From Prorocentrum cordatum (Eukaryota), in NCBI GenBank assembly GCA_963575745.1, contig CAUYUJ010000002.1, forward strand, positions 682,001 to 746,000: a stretch of 64,000 nt of DNA, in the 5' to 3' direction. Positions 48,901 through 62,614 of this stretch are shown here, piece by piece; positions within the stretch are counted from its first letter, which is position 1; every line of letters starts with the position of its first letter. Made by a program: the position numbers and the translations under genes. The notes below the pieces were generated by a model, which made no database searches, was not told where the DNA came from, and was given only the letters and a program-made list of their open reading frames with translations.

Positions 48901-49315
48901 CCCCTACTACCGCCAGGAGTGGGAGGGCATGAAGCAGACCACCCCGATCATCTCGGGCGGCATGAACGCCTTGCGGCTGCCTGCGTTCTTCGAGAACCTG
49001 GGCCACTCGAACGTCATCCTGACGGCTGGCGGTGGGGCTTTCGGGCACAAGGACGGGCCGAAGCAGGGTGCGATCTCGTGCGCCCAGGGCGAGGAGTCGT
49101 GGAAGTTGTGGAAGGCAGGCACCTACGGCGACGTTAGCCTGTCGGACGGCGTCGTCGAGTACGCGAAGACGCACGAGGAGCTCAAGGGCGCCTTCCTGAC
49201 GTTCCAGAAGGATGCGGACCAGATCTACCCTGGCTGGAAGGAGAAGCTCGGCTACACGGGCGAGTCCTCCGTCCAGGCGGCCAGCTTCAATTGGCAGAAG
49301 AAGGAGTTGAGCTGA
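42958..49315 (+). CDS. rbcL: Nucleus-encoded form II RuBisCO polyprotein: plastid-targeting presequence plus 4 tandem RuBisCO units
   Basis: ATG at 42958. A ~113-aa presequence (hydrophobic signal, SFV motif, Ala-rich hydrophobic stretch, KRRGR). Units starting ALDQSSRY at 43297, 44815, 46332 and 47849. Form II catalytic motif GGDFIKNDE in each, plus [10 protein letters not shown] and [12 protein letters not shown]. Single-base deletions near 46300 and 47678 break the frame. Stop at 49313-49315; no introns. Confidence 0.97.
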
Positions 49316-50989
49316 TCGCTCCAGGACCCATTAGATTACGCACCCGTTTCGTACATCACGCATCTTGTTGGTCATGCACGTGTGTTTCAGCAGTTCAGGT
49401 TCGAGTGCATTGTGAGCATTCCATTTGCGCAGACCGTTTTCGAGTCGGCCCGCTTCTCAAACCGTTTCTCGTAGAGCCAGCTTGGTAAGCATGTCAGCGA
49501 ACTGTGTGCAATGGACACAGTAGTCGCGGCATTCGGATGCTCAGGTCCGTTTTCAGACAAGCATTTTGCCAGCTGTCCAGCTCTGCATTTTACGCGCCGA
49601 GTACAAATCAGACGTTTGCTCTGAAGCCAAAAAACTAATCCGAAGGATGAGCAGCTTTCTAAGGACATCCTGCCGTTCTTGCATCTGCGGCCCATCCGTA
49701 GTTATTATCGCTGGCCATATTTCGCTCAGAGCGCTCCAGCTCGTACGTCCATCGCCCGTGCATCCTTAACCGTGCATCCCTATGCTCCTTTCGCGACCTG
49801 GGCTTAGAAATGTCCGAAGGGCCGCGCACCCTGCCGCCGCCCCCAACCTCCTCTGACTGTCTGTGTGGTTACGCTCGTTCGGTTGGTTCGTTGGTTGGCT
49901 TGTCGGTTGGTTCGCCTGCAACTCGGCGTGCTGCGAGTTGGCTAAGCATACTGTGGGTCAGCTTGTGCGAATCTGTAATACACCATGGGTGCCCTCGGGA
50001 ACGCCGCCTCTTCGCGGCCTCGGAAGTGCGTGTGTTCCTCGTTGAGCTGGACGCTTCGCGTAACCCCACCAGTCCATCCAGGGACGATGCCCAGGCAAGT
50101 TGCCCTGATCAGGGATGTGCAGGCGAATGCATTGGAATAGAAGGCTGGGTGAGAAGTCGCACCCCAAGAGGGGAGGAGGGAGGAGGAATCGGAGGAGGAA
50201 TCGGAGGAGGAGGAGGAGGAGGAGAACGAGGAGAACAGAAGTAGGGACAGGGGGGAGTGGGGGATGGAGGATGAAGGAGTAGCAGAAGGCCAGAGACCTC
50301 TTGTATGCCTCCAGGAGTTTCTTCGGATTTCTTTCGAGAGGTTCGTGGAGTCCTCTTGGGACGTGTTGGGGGTCTCTTGGCAGTCCCGGGTAGCCTCTTG
50401 AGGCGTCTTGGGTGCTTTTGGGGGGCATCGTGAAGGCTCTTAAGGGTATCTTGGGGGCATGGTTGGGGCATCGTGGGGGCCTCTCGGGGCCGTCTTGGGG
50501 CACCCTTAGTAGCTTCGGGGGTCATCTTGGAGCCATCTTGGAAGAGATCGATCAAATGAGAGGTGCCTCTGGGGGGGGCCTCTTGGGGCGTCTTGGGGGT
50601 CTCTCGGGTGCCTCTTGGGGGCATCTTGGGCGCCTCTTGGGGGCTTCTTGGGGCTCCTGGGCATCTTGGGGCCATCTTCGTCGTAGAGGAGTTGATTTGA
50701 GTCTCCGCGCCGAGGACTCTTGGGGCGTCTTGGGTGGCCTCTGGGGGACCTCTGTGGGGCCAGTCTCTTCGGGGTTGGGGGCATGCTGGGGGCCGTTCGG
50801 GGCCTCCTGGAGGGCCCAGTTTGAGGCACCCTTGGGAGCCGTGGGGGCCAGCTTTGGGCCAACTTGGAGGACCCCCCCCGCTGCAAACCCATGGGGAGGA
50901 GGTAGGGGGAGGAGTCGAGACACCATCCTGGATAGCAAGTCGTCTAGCTCACTCCCCACCCCCCCCCAACACATATGTAAAACCCGAGC

Positions 50990-52410
50990 CTCAGCATGTT
51001 CAGCGGTCGTCTTTGGATGGACAGCTACTCAGAACTAAAACCGAGCCCATGTGCGCGACGCTGGGGCGAGGTGCGCCACGCGCACCACGGCACCATGCGC
51101 GCCAGGCACCCCTGGGGCCCGAGCGTGCCAGGCACGCCTGGTGCGCCAGATGCGCTACGTGCTCCACGTGCACCAGGTGTGCCGCATACTCCAGGCGGCG
51201 CCAGGTGCACTACGTTCTGGGTCACGTGCAGAGTGTGTCAGGTGTGCGTGCGCACGTGACAGCACACATCGGGAAACATGTCGGCACCCATCACCCTTGT
51301 CGAAAACCTATGCCCATCATGGTGTCTGGTGTGCCTGCACACAGCAGGCCATGCGCCACCACCCCCGCCGTCCCTGTCAAAAAAACACTTGACAGTGATC
51401 GCGGGGTGGCTGCGCATGATGCAGATTTAGCCGCGATGTGCATTGTGTAATATTGTTTGACAGAGATGGTGACCCTGCGTACAGCAGGCAACAATACAAG
51501 GTGCCCGCGGGCCCCACGAACATGATTCAAGACTTTGCCTCCAAGTGTACTGTCTAGTGTTTTTGACAGGCATGGTGGGGAGACCGCATCGGGTTGGTTG
51601 CGCAGGCTCCGAATTTCAAGGTAGAGTGTGTTTTGTATTGGATGTTGAAAGGGATTGTTGGGGGATGGGGAGCACAGGGGTCGGCATTGTTCTGGTTGGT
51701 TGCCAGTCGCTTGGGGGGGGGATTGTACACAAATCGGGGACAGCGATCCAGACACCCTCCCCGCCCGCAAAGTGTCTCGTTCACTCCCACCCGTCCTCCC
51801 ACACCAAGTAGTACCCTGGCCTCAGTGGGTTCAGCGGTCGTCTATGGATGGTGGAAATAAATACAGACCCATGTAAGCGATGGGGCGAGCTGCGCCACGC
51901 GTGCCATGCGCTCCAGCTGCGCCAGGTACGGCCCAAGCGTGCCAGGCACGCCTCGCGTGGCAAATGCGCCTTATGCTCCACGTGCGCCATGTGTGCCGCA
52001 TTGTCCAGCCGCGCCAGGTGCGCCACGTCCGAGCACGCTCAGGGTGTGCCGGGTGTGCCCGCGCACGTGGCAACACGCATCGGGAAACATGTCGACCCCC
52101 CACTACCCTTCTTGCCAACCAGTGCACACTCGCGGCGGGGACGCTATCATGGTGTCTGGTGGGCTTGCACACAGCAGGTAACATGCCAGCACCCCCGCGG
52201 TCCTTGTCAAACACCGATGGACACTGATCGCGGGGTGGCCGCGCATGATCCAGATTTTGCCGCGAAGTGAATACTGTATTGTTCTTGACACGGATGGTGG
52301 TCTTGCGCAAAGCAGGCAATATGAGGGCACTCCTGTTGTCGCGGCCAACAAACAGTGAAAAGTGTTCGTGGGGCCCACGAGCATGACCTAAGATTTTGCC
52401 CCGAAGAGTG
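50990..52410. repeat. Diverged direct duplication, period ~830 bp
   Basis: TCAGCGGTCGTCT(T/A)TGGATG at ~51000 and ~51831. ATCGGGAAACATGTCG and TGATCGCGGGGTGGC are present in both copies. Confidence 0.8.
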
Positions 52411-52529
52411 CTTCGTATTGTTTTGGTTGACAGGGATATTTGGGGGGGGGCGGGGGCATTTTGTCCTGCGCTCCCCCCCTCCCCCATGCCATCCTTGCCT
52501 CTGCGCCATCTGCATTTCGACCATTCCGG

Positions 52530-53780
52530 CACACCCCTCACGCGCTTCGTGGCCCCATCCCCACCGCAGGCCCACGTGGCCGCGGCCGCATGCGTCCGCC
52601 ACATCCAGTACAGCGCTTCGTAGCCCCATTGGAGCTCCCCCGAAGGCCCCACTGGCCGCGGCCGCATGCGCCCGCGCCGCCCAGTACAGCGCTCCGTGGC
52701 CCCATTGGAGCTCCACCGAAGGCCCCAGTGGCTGCGGCAGCATGCGTCCGCGCCACCCAGTACACCGCTTCGTGGCCTCATAGGGAGCTCGACCGAAGGC
52801 CCCCCTGGCCGCGGCCGCATGCATTGGCGCCACCCTGTACAGCGCGTCGTGGCCCTAAAGGAAGCTCCACCGAAGGCCCCACTGGCCGCGGCCGCATGCG
52901 CCCGCGCCACCCAGTACACCGCTTCGTGGCCCCATACGGAGCCCCACAAAAAAACAATGGCTGCGGCCGCATGCGCCTGCCCCACCCAGTACTGCATTTC
53001 GTGGCCCCATCGGGAGCCCCACCGAAGGCCCCAGCCCAGCACAGCCATTCGTGGCCCCAACGGAAGCTCCACCGAACGTTCCAGGAGCCGCGGCAGCATA
53101 CGCCCGCGACACCCAGTACAGCGTTTCGTTGCCTCATGGGGAGCTTAACCGAGAGCCCCAGTGGCCGTGGCCGCATGCGCCCGCGCCATCCAGTACATGT
53201 TCGTGCCCCCCCCCCCCAAGGAAGTCCACCGACGGCCCCAGACGCATCCCCGCCACCCAGCGCAGCGCTTCGTAGCCCCATAGGAGCTCCACCGAAGGCT
53301 TCAGTAAGCGCGGCAGCATTCGTCTGCGCCACCCTGTGCAGCGCTTCGTGGCCCCATAGGAAGCTCCACCGAAGGCCCCACTGGCCGCGGCCGCATGCGC
53401 CCGCGCCACCCAGTACAGCGCTGCGTGGCCCCACACGGAGCCCCACCAAGAACCACCCAGTACAGCACTTCGTGGCCCCACACGGAGCCCCACAACGAGC
53501 CACCCAGTACAGCGTGTCGTGGCCCCCCCAAGGGGGTTCCACCGAAGGCCCCGGTGTCAGCGGCCGCACGTGTGTGCCCCACCCAATGCAGCGCTTCGTA
53601 GCCAGCTCCACCGAAGGCCCCAGTGGCCGTGGCCGCAAGCGCCCCCCCTGCCGAGAACAGTGCTTCGTGGCCCCACAGGGCGCTCAGCGCTCCACAGAAG
53701 ACCGCAGTGGCCGCGGCCGCATGCGTTTCCCTCACCCATTACAGGACACCTCTCACGCATTTCGTGGCCTCATAGGGCGT
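52530..53780 (-). repeat. Satellite of the same ~90-bp family as 600-2815, opposite orientation, variant subfamily
   Basis: TTCGTGGCCCCATAGG(G/A)AGCTCCACCGAAGGCCCCA is the reverse complement of the 600-2815 consensus. The other half of the unit differs (GGCCGCGGCCGCATGCG...CCAGTACA). Confidence 0.9.
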
Positions 53781-55503
53781 GTCTTCGAAAGCGGTATCAC
53801 GACGCGGTGGTCACAGCTGCATCTGGTTGGGTCTTTCGCCAGTGAAGTTTTATATTCCCAGGTTCCAGTATACTTTAGGGGCTTTCCTACTTGAAGAGTC
53901 GAGGTGCTGTTTGTTTCCTTCCTAAGGGAGCGGGATGAAGCCCAATGTACTTTCGACGCCTTCCTGCTTCATGTCTCTACCCACTTCTTGCGAACGATGG
54001 GTACGGCAGGTTGGAATCGCCCCGACGCAGCGACCTCGCCGCGGGCGTTCAAGGTTCAACGCCGCCAACAACCCTGGATGCCGGTGGGGGCCTGAAATCC
54101 TGTCATTCTGGAGAACCGCAAAACAAGCGCCATCTTGGACGCAAATTATGCCATTCTGCGCGTTGTGGGCGCCCTCGTCATTCGCTTCCCCTCAGGCCCC
54201 GACCTGTTCGAAATCCACAGATTCTGAAATTATGTGGATCAGGCCTGCGTCGTGCACGCGTCGTAAATCCACAGAATTTCTGTTAATCTGTAGATTGGGA
54301 CTCCGTCGTGGATCCACAGAATGTCCTTCAATGTGTGGATGATAGCCGCCTCCCTGGCGATTCGGATCCCGTGGCCCCGTTTCACATACTCGGATGAATT
54401 TGCAATCTGTAGATTTTCAGTGCGTCGGGTACACGTCCCGAATCAACAGAATATGACAATCTGTGGATTTGATGCGGCCCCCAGAGGGACCCGAGACGAC
54501 GAGACATTCAGCGCCATAATCAACACATTTCACAAATCTGCAGCTTTCGCCTGCTCCGGGTTGAGCGGCTTGGCCCCTCTCCAGATTCAGGGGGGGTCGG
54601 CACCCAACAACAGCCCAGAAACGGCCGATATCAGGCAATCGGGCGGTCGAAAAGGAGCGGATGGTTCAGGGCTGCACGATCCGCCCGGTGTGGGAAACCA
54701 GCGCAAGGGTCATCACGACACGAACCTGCCGCACAGTCCAGATGTTGAAGCAAGGGCCATTTGGGGCTCGTTGTTGTCATGCATTGTTCTGCCGATCGGC
54801 GCGGGCCGTGCCCCCATCCCCATCCCCTCCGCTTCCTCCTGCTCCTCCTCATCCTCCTCCTCCTCCTCCTCCACCTCCTCCTCCTCCCCCTCCCCTCCTC
54901 CACTCCTCCTCCTCCTCCTCCTCCTCCTCCTCCTCCTTCCTCCTCCTCCTCCTCCTCCTCTTCCTCCTTCTCTTCTTCCCTCCTTTCCTCCCCCTCCCCC
55001 CCCACCCCCATGGAGTAGATCTTGGCTGTTTGGGGCGCCTGTTTTGAGCAAGTGGAGCCTCCCCCATAGGACGCACTGTTACAAACAGTCTCACTAAGCA
55101 GAGGTCCGGAGCCAGGACCGCCCCCCCTCGCTCCCCCTTCTGCACAATGTCGAAACGCCGAATAAGAAAACGCTCACGATCTGCTTGTCGGGCCGCACGT
55201 GAGAGGGGGCAGGCCTTCTCAGACACCGGCGGGGCTTCTCAGAAGCCCCTCGCGCCCTCCGAGACACCGTCCGTGGTTCGGGAGATGGCTCACAAAGCTC
55301 TTCCAGAGGCGCGGTGGTTTCTGAGAAGTCTCGCCGCCGTCTGAGACGGCCTGCCCCCACCTGACTTCCCCCCTGGGCTCGCCGCCGAGTATCCACTTCC
55401 CCTGAGATCCGACGGCGCAAAAGAATGCAGCACCGTGTGAACAGTCACGACCAGAGCCCAGCACCCGGCGGAGCGCGACACTCCCAAACTTGCCCCCCTC
55501 GAC

Positions 55504-55676
55504 TAAAGTCGGGCCTGTCCCTCTACAGGGGGAACGTTATGTTCAAAAATAGTCGAAAAAATAGTCAGGGGACGATGTTTTGGAATCATCTTTGCGAGCA
55601 TGTTGGGGAGCCTTCTCGGGGTACTTCTCATTCTTCGTCCACAATCCCCCCCTGCAGGGGGACAGGCCGGACCTGC
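55504..55676. mobile_element. hAT-like MITE, family copy A
   Basis: TAAAGTCGGGCCTGTCCCTCTACAGGGGG...CCCCCTGCAGGGGGACAGGCCGGAC; homologous to 59857-60031. Confidence 0.65.
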
Positions 55677-57600
55677 CCCCTCGGCGTGCCGAGGTTCGGC
55701 TGGACGCCGCCCGCGGCCTCGGGCCGCCGCCGTCGGGGCCCGGGCGCGGGGGCCCCGGCGCCTCGGGGGCGCGGGGCACGTCCCGCGCGCTGGAGGCGGC
55801 CCTTCGCGCCCTCGGCGCGCTGGGGCAGGCGCTGGCCGCCTGCCAGGAGGGCGCCGCCGCCGAGGCTCGGAGGCGGGAGGAGTGGTGGGCCTGTCGTCCG
55901 CCACCACCACCACCACAAGTTGGAGGGGGAGGGGGTCCTCCTCCTCCTCCTCCTCCTCCTCCTCCTCCTCCTCCTCCTCTTCGTCCTCCTCCTCCTCCTC
56001 CTCCTCTTCGTCCTCTTCCTCCTCGTCCTCCTCATTCCCCCCATCCAACTCATGGTGGTGGTGGTGGAAAACAGGCCCATCAAGGAAGGGCACGGGCAGA
56101 GAGTCAAGCTAGGGGGAACGATGGGGGGGTCGGGGGTTCCGGGAGTATCCGTTGGTTCTCGGCGGCTTTCCAGCCTCGGGGCGCTCTCCGTCAGCTGCGC
56201 CTCGTCGAGGGCACTCTGGGGGTGCCTAGATCGTTTCGATCGGCCGCCGGGTAGCCGAGTTATGGCCCGAAAGCCACTTGGGGATAGGCTCCAAAGGGAA
56301 CGCATCGATCCCGAATTCCCCCATTGATCGCCGATAGGGGCCTGATAGCCCCACCCAGCCGAGGAACGTGCGGATTCGAGATCGGGAGCCTGTCGCCCAT
56401 TCATTGGCGATGTATCGCCGATTCCACTTCGATGTTTCCTCCCCTGTGCCAGGCCGTCCCCCCCCTACCCTTGCCCTCTTTCCGACGTGCCTTCCTTGCA
56501 GAAGATGCGGGTTGCAAAATTGCAAACACATGTCCCGATGTGGTTTGTTTGTCTGGATGGTCTTCGAATGGTTTGTTTCGAAGTTGGGGGTGTTTGTATG
56601 CGCGTGCATAAAAGTAGATTGCACATGTACATATATTTGCATATCGTGTATATAAACATACATATATATATATATATAGCGATGCGATGCGTGGCCGATG
56701 CATTGGCTATGCGGTGCGATCATCCGCCCCGATCTACTCGGACCCATCTACGAGGCATCTGGGCTCGGAGAGGAGGGGATGTGGTTTTCGAGCCGCTTCT
56801 GAGATCGGATAAGAAAAACGGCTGAAACATCAGAAATTGGCTAAGCTCCGCGCGGATGTTTTGGATCGGCGATGAGCCCCCCATGCGTCGCCTCTGGCGC
56901 GCCCCCTGGCGCGCTCCGCGCGCCACAGGGGGGGGTCTAGCGCCCATCCAAGAAGTCCGCGCGGACCTCCAAATACATGTTCGCTGAGCTTTTGTCTCAG
57001 ACAGAAGACCGTTCTTGCATCCCTGAACGATCATGGGCGTGACTGGGGAGGGGGAGGGGGACGGTCACGTCACGATTCGCGCCAGAGCCGTCTGGGAGTG
57101 TGAATTACATGGCGCCAGCGCGCGTCGTGACGTGACCTGGACGGGGGATGCGTTGGGCGTGGGGCGGTCACGGGCGCTATCGCGAATGATCGAAAACGGG
57201 CCGTTCAGAGAACGTCCACCCAGACAAGTCGACTGGGGAAATTTGCACGTTCGTTCGACAATGGCATTCGAGTGGTCTCCTGTCGGTTTCGCTAATCGAC
57301 GTGCGTTCCGCTGGATACATCCGGTTTTTCTGGACGTCGGTTAGCTACCCCGCTGGGGTCCCCTCTGAATGCGGTGCCGTGCGCACGTGGAGTGCCCTTG
57401 GTAACTTTGGTTGAACGGCGGTCTGCTAGAGGGTGTTCTGTCAATCTCCAAGTGCTGTCAAGGCGCTGAAATCAGCAGCCACGCGCTGTGGGGGGTGGGG
57501 GGAGAGGAGGAGGGCTTCTCAGGAGCACCCCTGCTTCCTAGAAGGCGCGGGCCTTATCTACAGATGTAAGGCCTGGGCCTTCTAAGAAGCAGCCTCCTTC

Positions 57601-58139
57601 TAAGAATCGGGGGTGGACAGAACCCCCACCATGACAAGTCGATCAGTGGATTGTCCGTTTTCTATTCTCGAGAGGGCGCCGCGGCCGTTGTCTTCCAGGC
57701 TTGCGCACGCCAGGCTTGGGTCCGAGGTCGTTTCCACTAAACCACGCTTGACTTAAAGGAGGTCCTGCCCATCCCCGAAAGGAAGCCCTCCCCCCTCCCT
57801 CCGCCCCCCTTTTGGTGCGCACCGCCAGAGTAAGGACCGCGTGGGGCTCGGGAGGGGCTCCGGTTGTCGGGCCGTCCCCGGAGCCAGGCCGGGGAGCCCC
57901 CTTCGCGGCCGAGGCGCACCGTGGCCTCAGGGAAGCCCCTCGCTCCTTAGCCAACGTTCTGTCGGGGGTGGACAGAACCCCCGACAGTGACACGTCGATT
58001 AGTGAATTGTCCGTTTTCGGTTCTCGAGAGGGCGCCGTGGCCGTTATTTTCCAGGCTTGCGCCCGCCAGGTTTGGGCCTCAGGTCGTTTTCACTAAGCCA
58101 CGTTTTACTGGAGGGGGGTCTGTCCATCCCCGATTCTTG
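57601..58139. mobile_element. MITE-like element with TIRs and internal duplication
   Basis: AAGAATCGGGGGTGGACAGAACCCCC at the left end and GGGGGTCTGTCCATCCCCGATTCTT at the right end. The left ~170 bp is repeated from ~57960. No TSD seen. Confidence 0.6.
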
Positions 58140-59287
58140 CTGCAACGCTCCCTGCTCAAAGTTCCTTACAGATGCTGACGCCATTCCGCCGACCCCGCGA
58201 GAATGAAGGAGAATGAGGACGAGGATGAACTGGACGGCGACGACACGACGGCGACGATGATGACGACGACGACGACGACGAGGACGACGGGAATGTTTTT
58301 GATGTTCTGGGGCCTTGTCGAGGTCGCCCTCGTGAAGCTTTTTTGGGTCAAGTGAGTGTCGGAGGTCGTCGCTGGGGCCTTTTTTAGTTCCAACTTGGTC
58401 GGGGCGGGTTCCTGCGGGATGGGGGTGCGGCAGGGAGTCGGCTCATTATGTTTAAAAGTATACATGCTCATAACGTCCTCTTAGACGCGGCTCTTGGTGT
58501 CTCGGGGGCCTCATTTGGGCCGGTATCCTGGCGGCGGTCTCGGGGCGGAGGGCTCGAAATGCCGATCTGTCTTCCCCTCTTGGGGCTCCCTTGCGGTTCT
58601 CTCGGGGCCGTCTTGGGCTGTCTTGGGGGCCGCTTGGACCATCTTGGGGCCCTCTTGAGCCGTCTGGGGGCCCTCTTCGGGGCCTCTTGGGCCGTCTTGG
58701 GGTGGTCTTGGGAGCTTTCTGAGTCGTCTTGGAGCGCCAGAGGCCCGAAACGGCGCTAACACTAAACCATGCAAAGCTTATGGCACATCCATGATTCGGG
58801 CCTCTTGGGGGGATTCTCTTGCGGTGTCTTCGGTGCCTTCTGGGCCGTCCGGACGACGTGTAAGGCGTCTTGGAGCGCTCCGTGGGCCGTCTCGGAGCCC
58901 TTGTGGCCCGTTCCGGGACGGTCCTCAGAGCAAGGTCGGGGAACTTCGTCGCGGCCGGCGCTCGCAGTGGCCAGGAAAGCCCCCCCGTTCTTTATTCCAT
59001 TTTCCAAGGGCGCCCTCGAGGGCGCGAAGTTTTTCGCGCTTCGCGGTTCGGCTCCGATTCCTCATCCTTCTCTTCTCCCCCGGGAGGCGGCGCGAGAGCG
59101 CGCCGTTGCTCGCACGTCGCGCTTCGCGCAGCGCGAAACGCGAAGCGCGAAGTTGGGAGCCGTTGTTCTCCGATCTTGTGGCACGATGAAGGGTTTTGGC
59201 GGTCCGCGCGGACTTTTCAGAGCGACTGTGGGCCCACCCCCCCCTGGCAGCGCCCTCCGCGCGCCAGGGGGAAGGGGGAATCCAGAA

Positions 59288-59448
59288 TTAAGTTGGACAT
59301 GTCGCTCTACAGGAGGAATATTCAAAAATAGTCCATACATAGTCTGGGGACTTTTAAACAAAAGAATCACTATTTACGGGTATGCTTTACCTATTTTTTG
59401 ATTTTTTGTCGTCCAACATCCCCCTGTAGGAGGACATCCCCGACCTAA
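59288..59448. mobile_element. hAT-like MITE, family copy B
   Basis: TTAAGTTGGACATGTC...GACATCCCCGACCTAA, flanked by ATCCAGAA and ATCCAGCG (6/8 match, decayed TSD). Confidence 0.65.
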
Positions 59449-59856
59449 ATCCAGCGCCGGCCCGAGTAGGCCTCGCAGATTTTGGGGTTCAAGAGACGGA
59501 GATCTTGCAGAAGGATCCTGCAGAGCCAGGGGTGGGTGCATTGACCAGGGTTTGGATGCAGGATCCTGCAGGATTTTGCAGGATCCTGCAAAGCCTGACT
59601 GACCCAGGTCTGCACTGACCTGGGTCAGTAGATCCCCTGAGATTTCCCAAATATTATGCTTGCGCCTTCTTTCCATCCTCTAGAACGGAGGAGCAATAAG
59701 TCATTATAGTGGTACGTTCCAAGATTTCGAAGATTCTCATGGATTCCCAAGATCCCCCAATGTTCCGTATGGGCTCCTGGATGGAGCCTTGCATTGCAGC
59801 AAATATTGGAACGTATATTGTGCCAATATTGTCATGGCATCTCTCCCGTCCTACTG

Positions 59857-60031
59857 TTAAGTCGGGCCTGTCCCCTACAGGGGCATTTTCGACGAAAAGT
59901 TAAACATACCCCCGAAATAGTCCAAAAATAGTCTGGGGACTATTTTTGCATATTTTTAACCTTTTTGGAGTACGTTTGGGATTATTACTTTTCGTCGAAA
60001 ATCCCCCTGTAGGGGGACACGCCCGACATAA
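59857..60031. mobile_element. hAT-like MITE, family copy C, with perfect 8-bp TSD
   Basis: TIRs TTAAGTCGGGCCTGTCCCCTACAGGGGG and CCCCCTGTAGGGGGACACGCCCGACATAA. TCCTACTG is duplicated at 59849-59856 and 60032-60039. Confidence 0.85.
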
Positions 60032-60417
60032 TCCTACTGTGGAAGAAGCAGGTCTGCATGAACAAACTTTTGGAGCTCCGCGCAGATTTCTCGGATCGGT
60101 GCGCGCGGAGCGCGCCTGGGGCGGCGCCTGAGGCGCCGCTTGAGGGGCCCAGCGCCGACCCAAGAGACTTGCGCGGAGCTCCGAAAGCTTCTGTGCTGGT
60201 TGTAACTCTTGCTCTCTGTACTAAACGTCATGCCGGAGGCCAGGCGCCTCTGCGAGCAGGTGGCCGAGGGCCTCCCGGAGTGCATCAGGGCTTGCGGGAG
60301 CATGGAGGAGCGCCTCGAGCAGCTCGGCCAGGCCGAGGCCAGCCGCGGCGGGGGCCCAGCTGCGGTGGTCGGGGCGCGCGCAACGGGGCTCAGCGCCAAC
60401 GGGGTTCCGCCCAGGAA

Positions 60418-60760
60418 GAGGGGGAGGAGGAGGAGGAGGAGGAGGAGGAGGAGGAGGAGGAGGAGGCGGAGGAGGAGGAGGAGGAGGAGGAGGAGGAGAG
60501 GGAGGAGGAGGAGGAGGAGGAGGAGGGAGGGAGGAGGAGGAGGAGGAGGAGGAGGAGGAGGAGGGGAGGAGGAGGAGAGGAGGAGGAGGAGGAGGAGGAG
60601 GAGGAGGAGGAGGAGGAGGGGGAGGAGGAGGAGGAGGAGGGGGAGGAGGAGGAGGAGGAGGAGGAGGAGGAGGAGGAGGAGGAGGAGGAGGAGGAGGGGG
60701 AGGGGAGGAGGGGGAGGACGAAGGAGGAGGAGCAGGAGGAGGAGGAGGAGGAGGAGGAGG
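60418..60760. repeat. (GAG)n trinucleotide tract
   Basis: Direct reading. Confidence 0.95.
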
Positions 60761-61724
60761 ATCCCTAAGTCCGGATTTGGGCTCAGCTGGGCTGGAGAGC
60801 CGCTCGCGCCCCGGGAGGTGGCCTCGCGTGTGACTTTGGGAAGTTCCCCCCGCCCTCGAAAAAATCAGCGCATTTTTCCCATGAGTTGGCCGAGACGGGT
60901 TTGCGCTGAGCCGAGTTGGTCCACGCCCCAGGCGGAGGCGTGCCTCTGCGGCAGCGTCTTTCACGCCGACTGCATCTTCTGTCGGAGGTTCAGGGGCAAC
61001 ATCAGGGGGGGATCGACTCAGGGGGGGTCCGATACTCGAGGTTTTCGGACGTTTTCGTGGGTCCTCGGCGCCTTTCTGGCCTCGGGCTGCCTTCCAGCGG
61101 CTGCGCCTCGCCGAGAGCAGTCGAGGGGTGCCCAGATCGTTCCGAACTCGCCGAGAGCGTTCAAAGGGATGCCCAGATCGCTCCGAGCGGCCGCAGGAGG
61201 CCCGAGCTGCGACTCGAAAACCACCGGGCGCTGGGCCCAGCTTGGCATCGCTCGGACGTGTGCATTTTTCCTTCAGCGAGGACCATCGAGGAGCATCCTT
61301 GATCATTTGGCGAAAAAGCCACGCACGAAACCGAAAAAAAACACAGGGAATGAACGTCCGAGCGTTGGCCAGCCAGGAGGGAGCGCATCGACCCCCGATC
61401 GCCCAATCCTCGCCGACTGGGTCTTGACAGCCCCCACCGCCCAGGAGCGGGCGGACTCGCGATCGAGGGCATGTCGCCGACCTCTCGGCGACGTCGCCGA
61501 TCTATCGGCGATGTCTCGCCGAGTCGAGCTCGGTGCTTCCTCCCCTGAGCCGGTCCCGATCGGACGAAAGTGGGGGAGGGGGAAAGGGGGGCGGGCGAAG
61601 TCTGCCGCGCGCAGCTAGTTTCGGCCTCGCCGCCGGGCGCTTCCCGCTAGGGAAGACCAGTTGCGAGAGCTGATTCGCTGATCCCCCCTTTAGTTCCTCA
61701 CCACCCCTTTCTAAGAGAAGCGAG

Positions 61725-62498
61725 GGATGACGATGAGGATGAGGATGATGATGTCGATGATGAGGATGAGGATGAGGATGAGGATGAGGATGAGGATGAA
61801 GATGAGGATGATGATGGTTAGCATGAGGAAAAGGGCGAAGAGGAGGATCAGGATGAGGATCACGGTGGGCACAAGGTTGAGGATGAGGACGAGGACGAAG
61901 ACGATAATGAGCACGAGGATGAGGATGAGGATGCAGATGGGGATGGGCATGAGGATGAGGATGAGGATGAGGGGGATTGTGCCGATGACAATGCCGATGA
62001 CGATTACGATGGCGTCCACGATGATGATGATTGTAATAGGAAGACTAGTAGAAATAAGAATAGTAATAACAATAATAAGACTGATGATGATTATGATGAT
62101 GATGGTGGTGATGATGATGACGTTGACGATGATACTGATGATGTTTCTGATGCTGTTGCTGATGCCCATGCTGCTGATGCTGATGCTGATCCTGCTGATG
62201 CTGCCGCTGCTGCTGCTGTTATTGCTGCTGCTGATGATGATGACGATGACAATGACGATGCTGCTGCTGCTGATGATGGTGATGATGATGATAAATGTGA
62301 TGACTATGATGATGTTGATGATCATGATGATGGATATGATGATGCTGATGATGATGCTGATGATGATGATGATGCTGATGATGGTGGTGATGATGCTGGT
62401 GATGATGAATATGATGATCCTGATGATTATGATTATGATGATGATGCTGATGATGGTGGTGATGATGCTGATGATGATGATGATGCTGATGATGATGC

Positions 62499-62539
<41 letters not shown>

Positions 62540-62546
62540 CTGATGC

Positions 62547-62612
<66 letters not shown>
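61725..62612. repeat. (GAT)n-based degenerate trinucleotide tract
   Basis: Direct reading. Produces the poly-Met/poly-Ile artefact ORFs. Confidence 0.95.

Positions 62613-62614
<2 letters not shown>

Noticed and set aside
42835..49174. Long antisense ORFs over RuBisCO
   Set aside because: Shadow ORFs caused by high GC3 codon bias on the sense strand.
42958..49315. Bacterial cbbM operon or contamination
   Set aside because: It has a eukaryotic targeting presequence, polyprotein linkers, SL relicts and dinoflagellate-type repeat flanks.
59117..59150. Perfect 12-bp hairpin as a terminator or Helitron end
   Set aside because: No U-tract and no nearby CTAG/CTRR. CG-rich palindromes arise easily in this sequence.
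60770..60786. DinoSL relict (TCCGGATTTGGCTCAG) after (GAG)n
   Set aside because: The match is too short and gapped, and no recognisable coding sequence follows.
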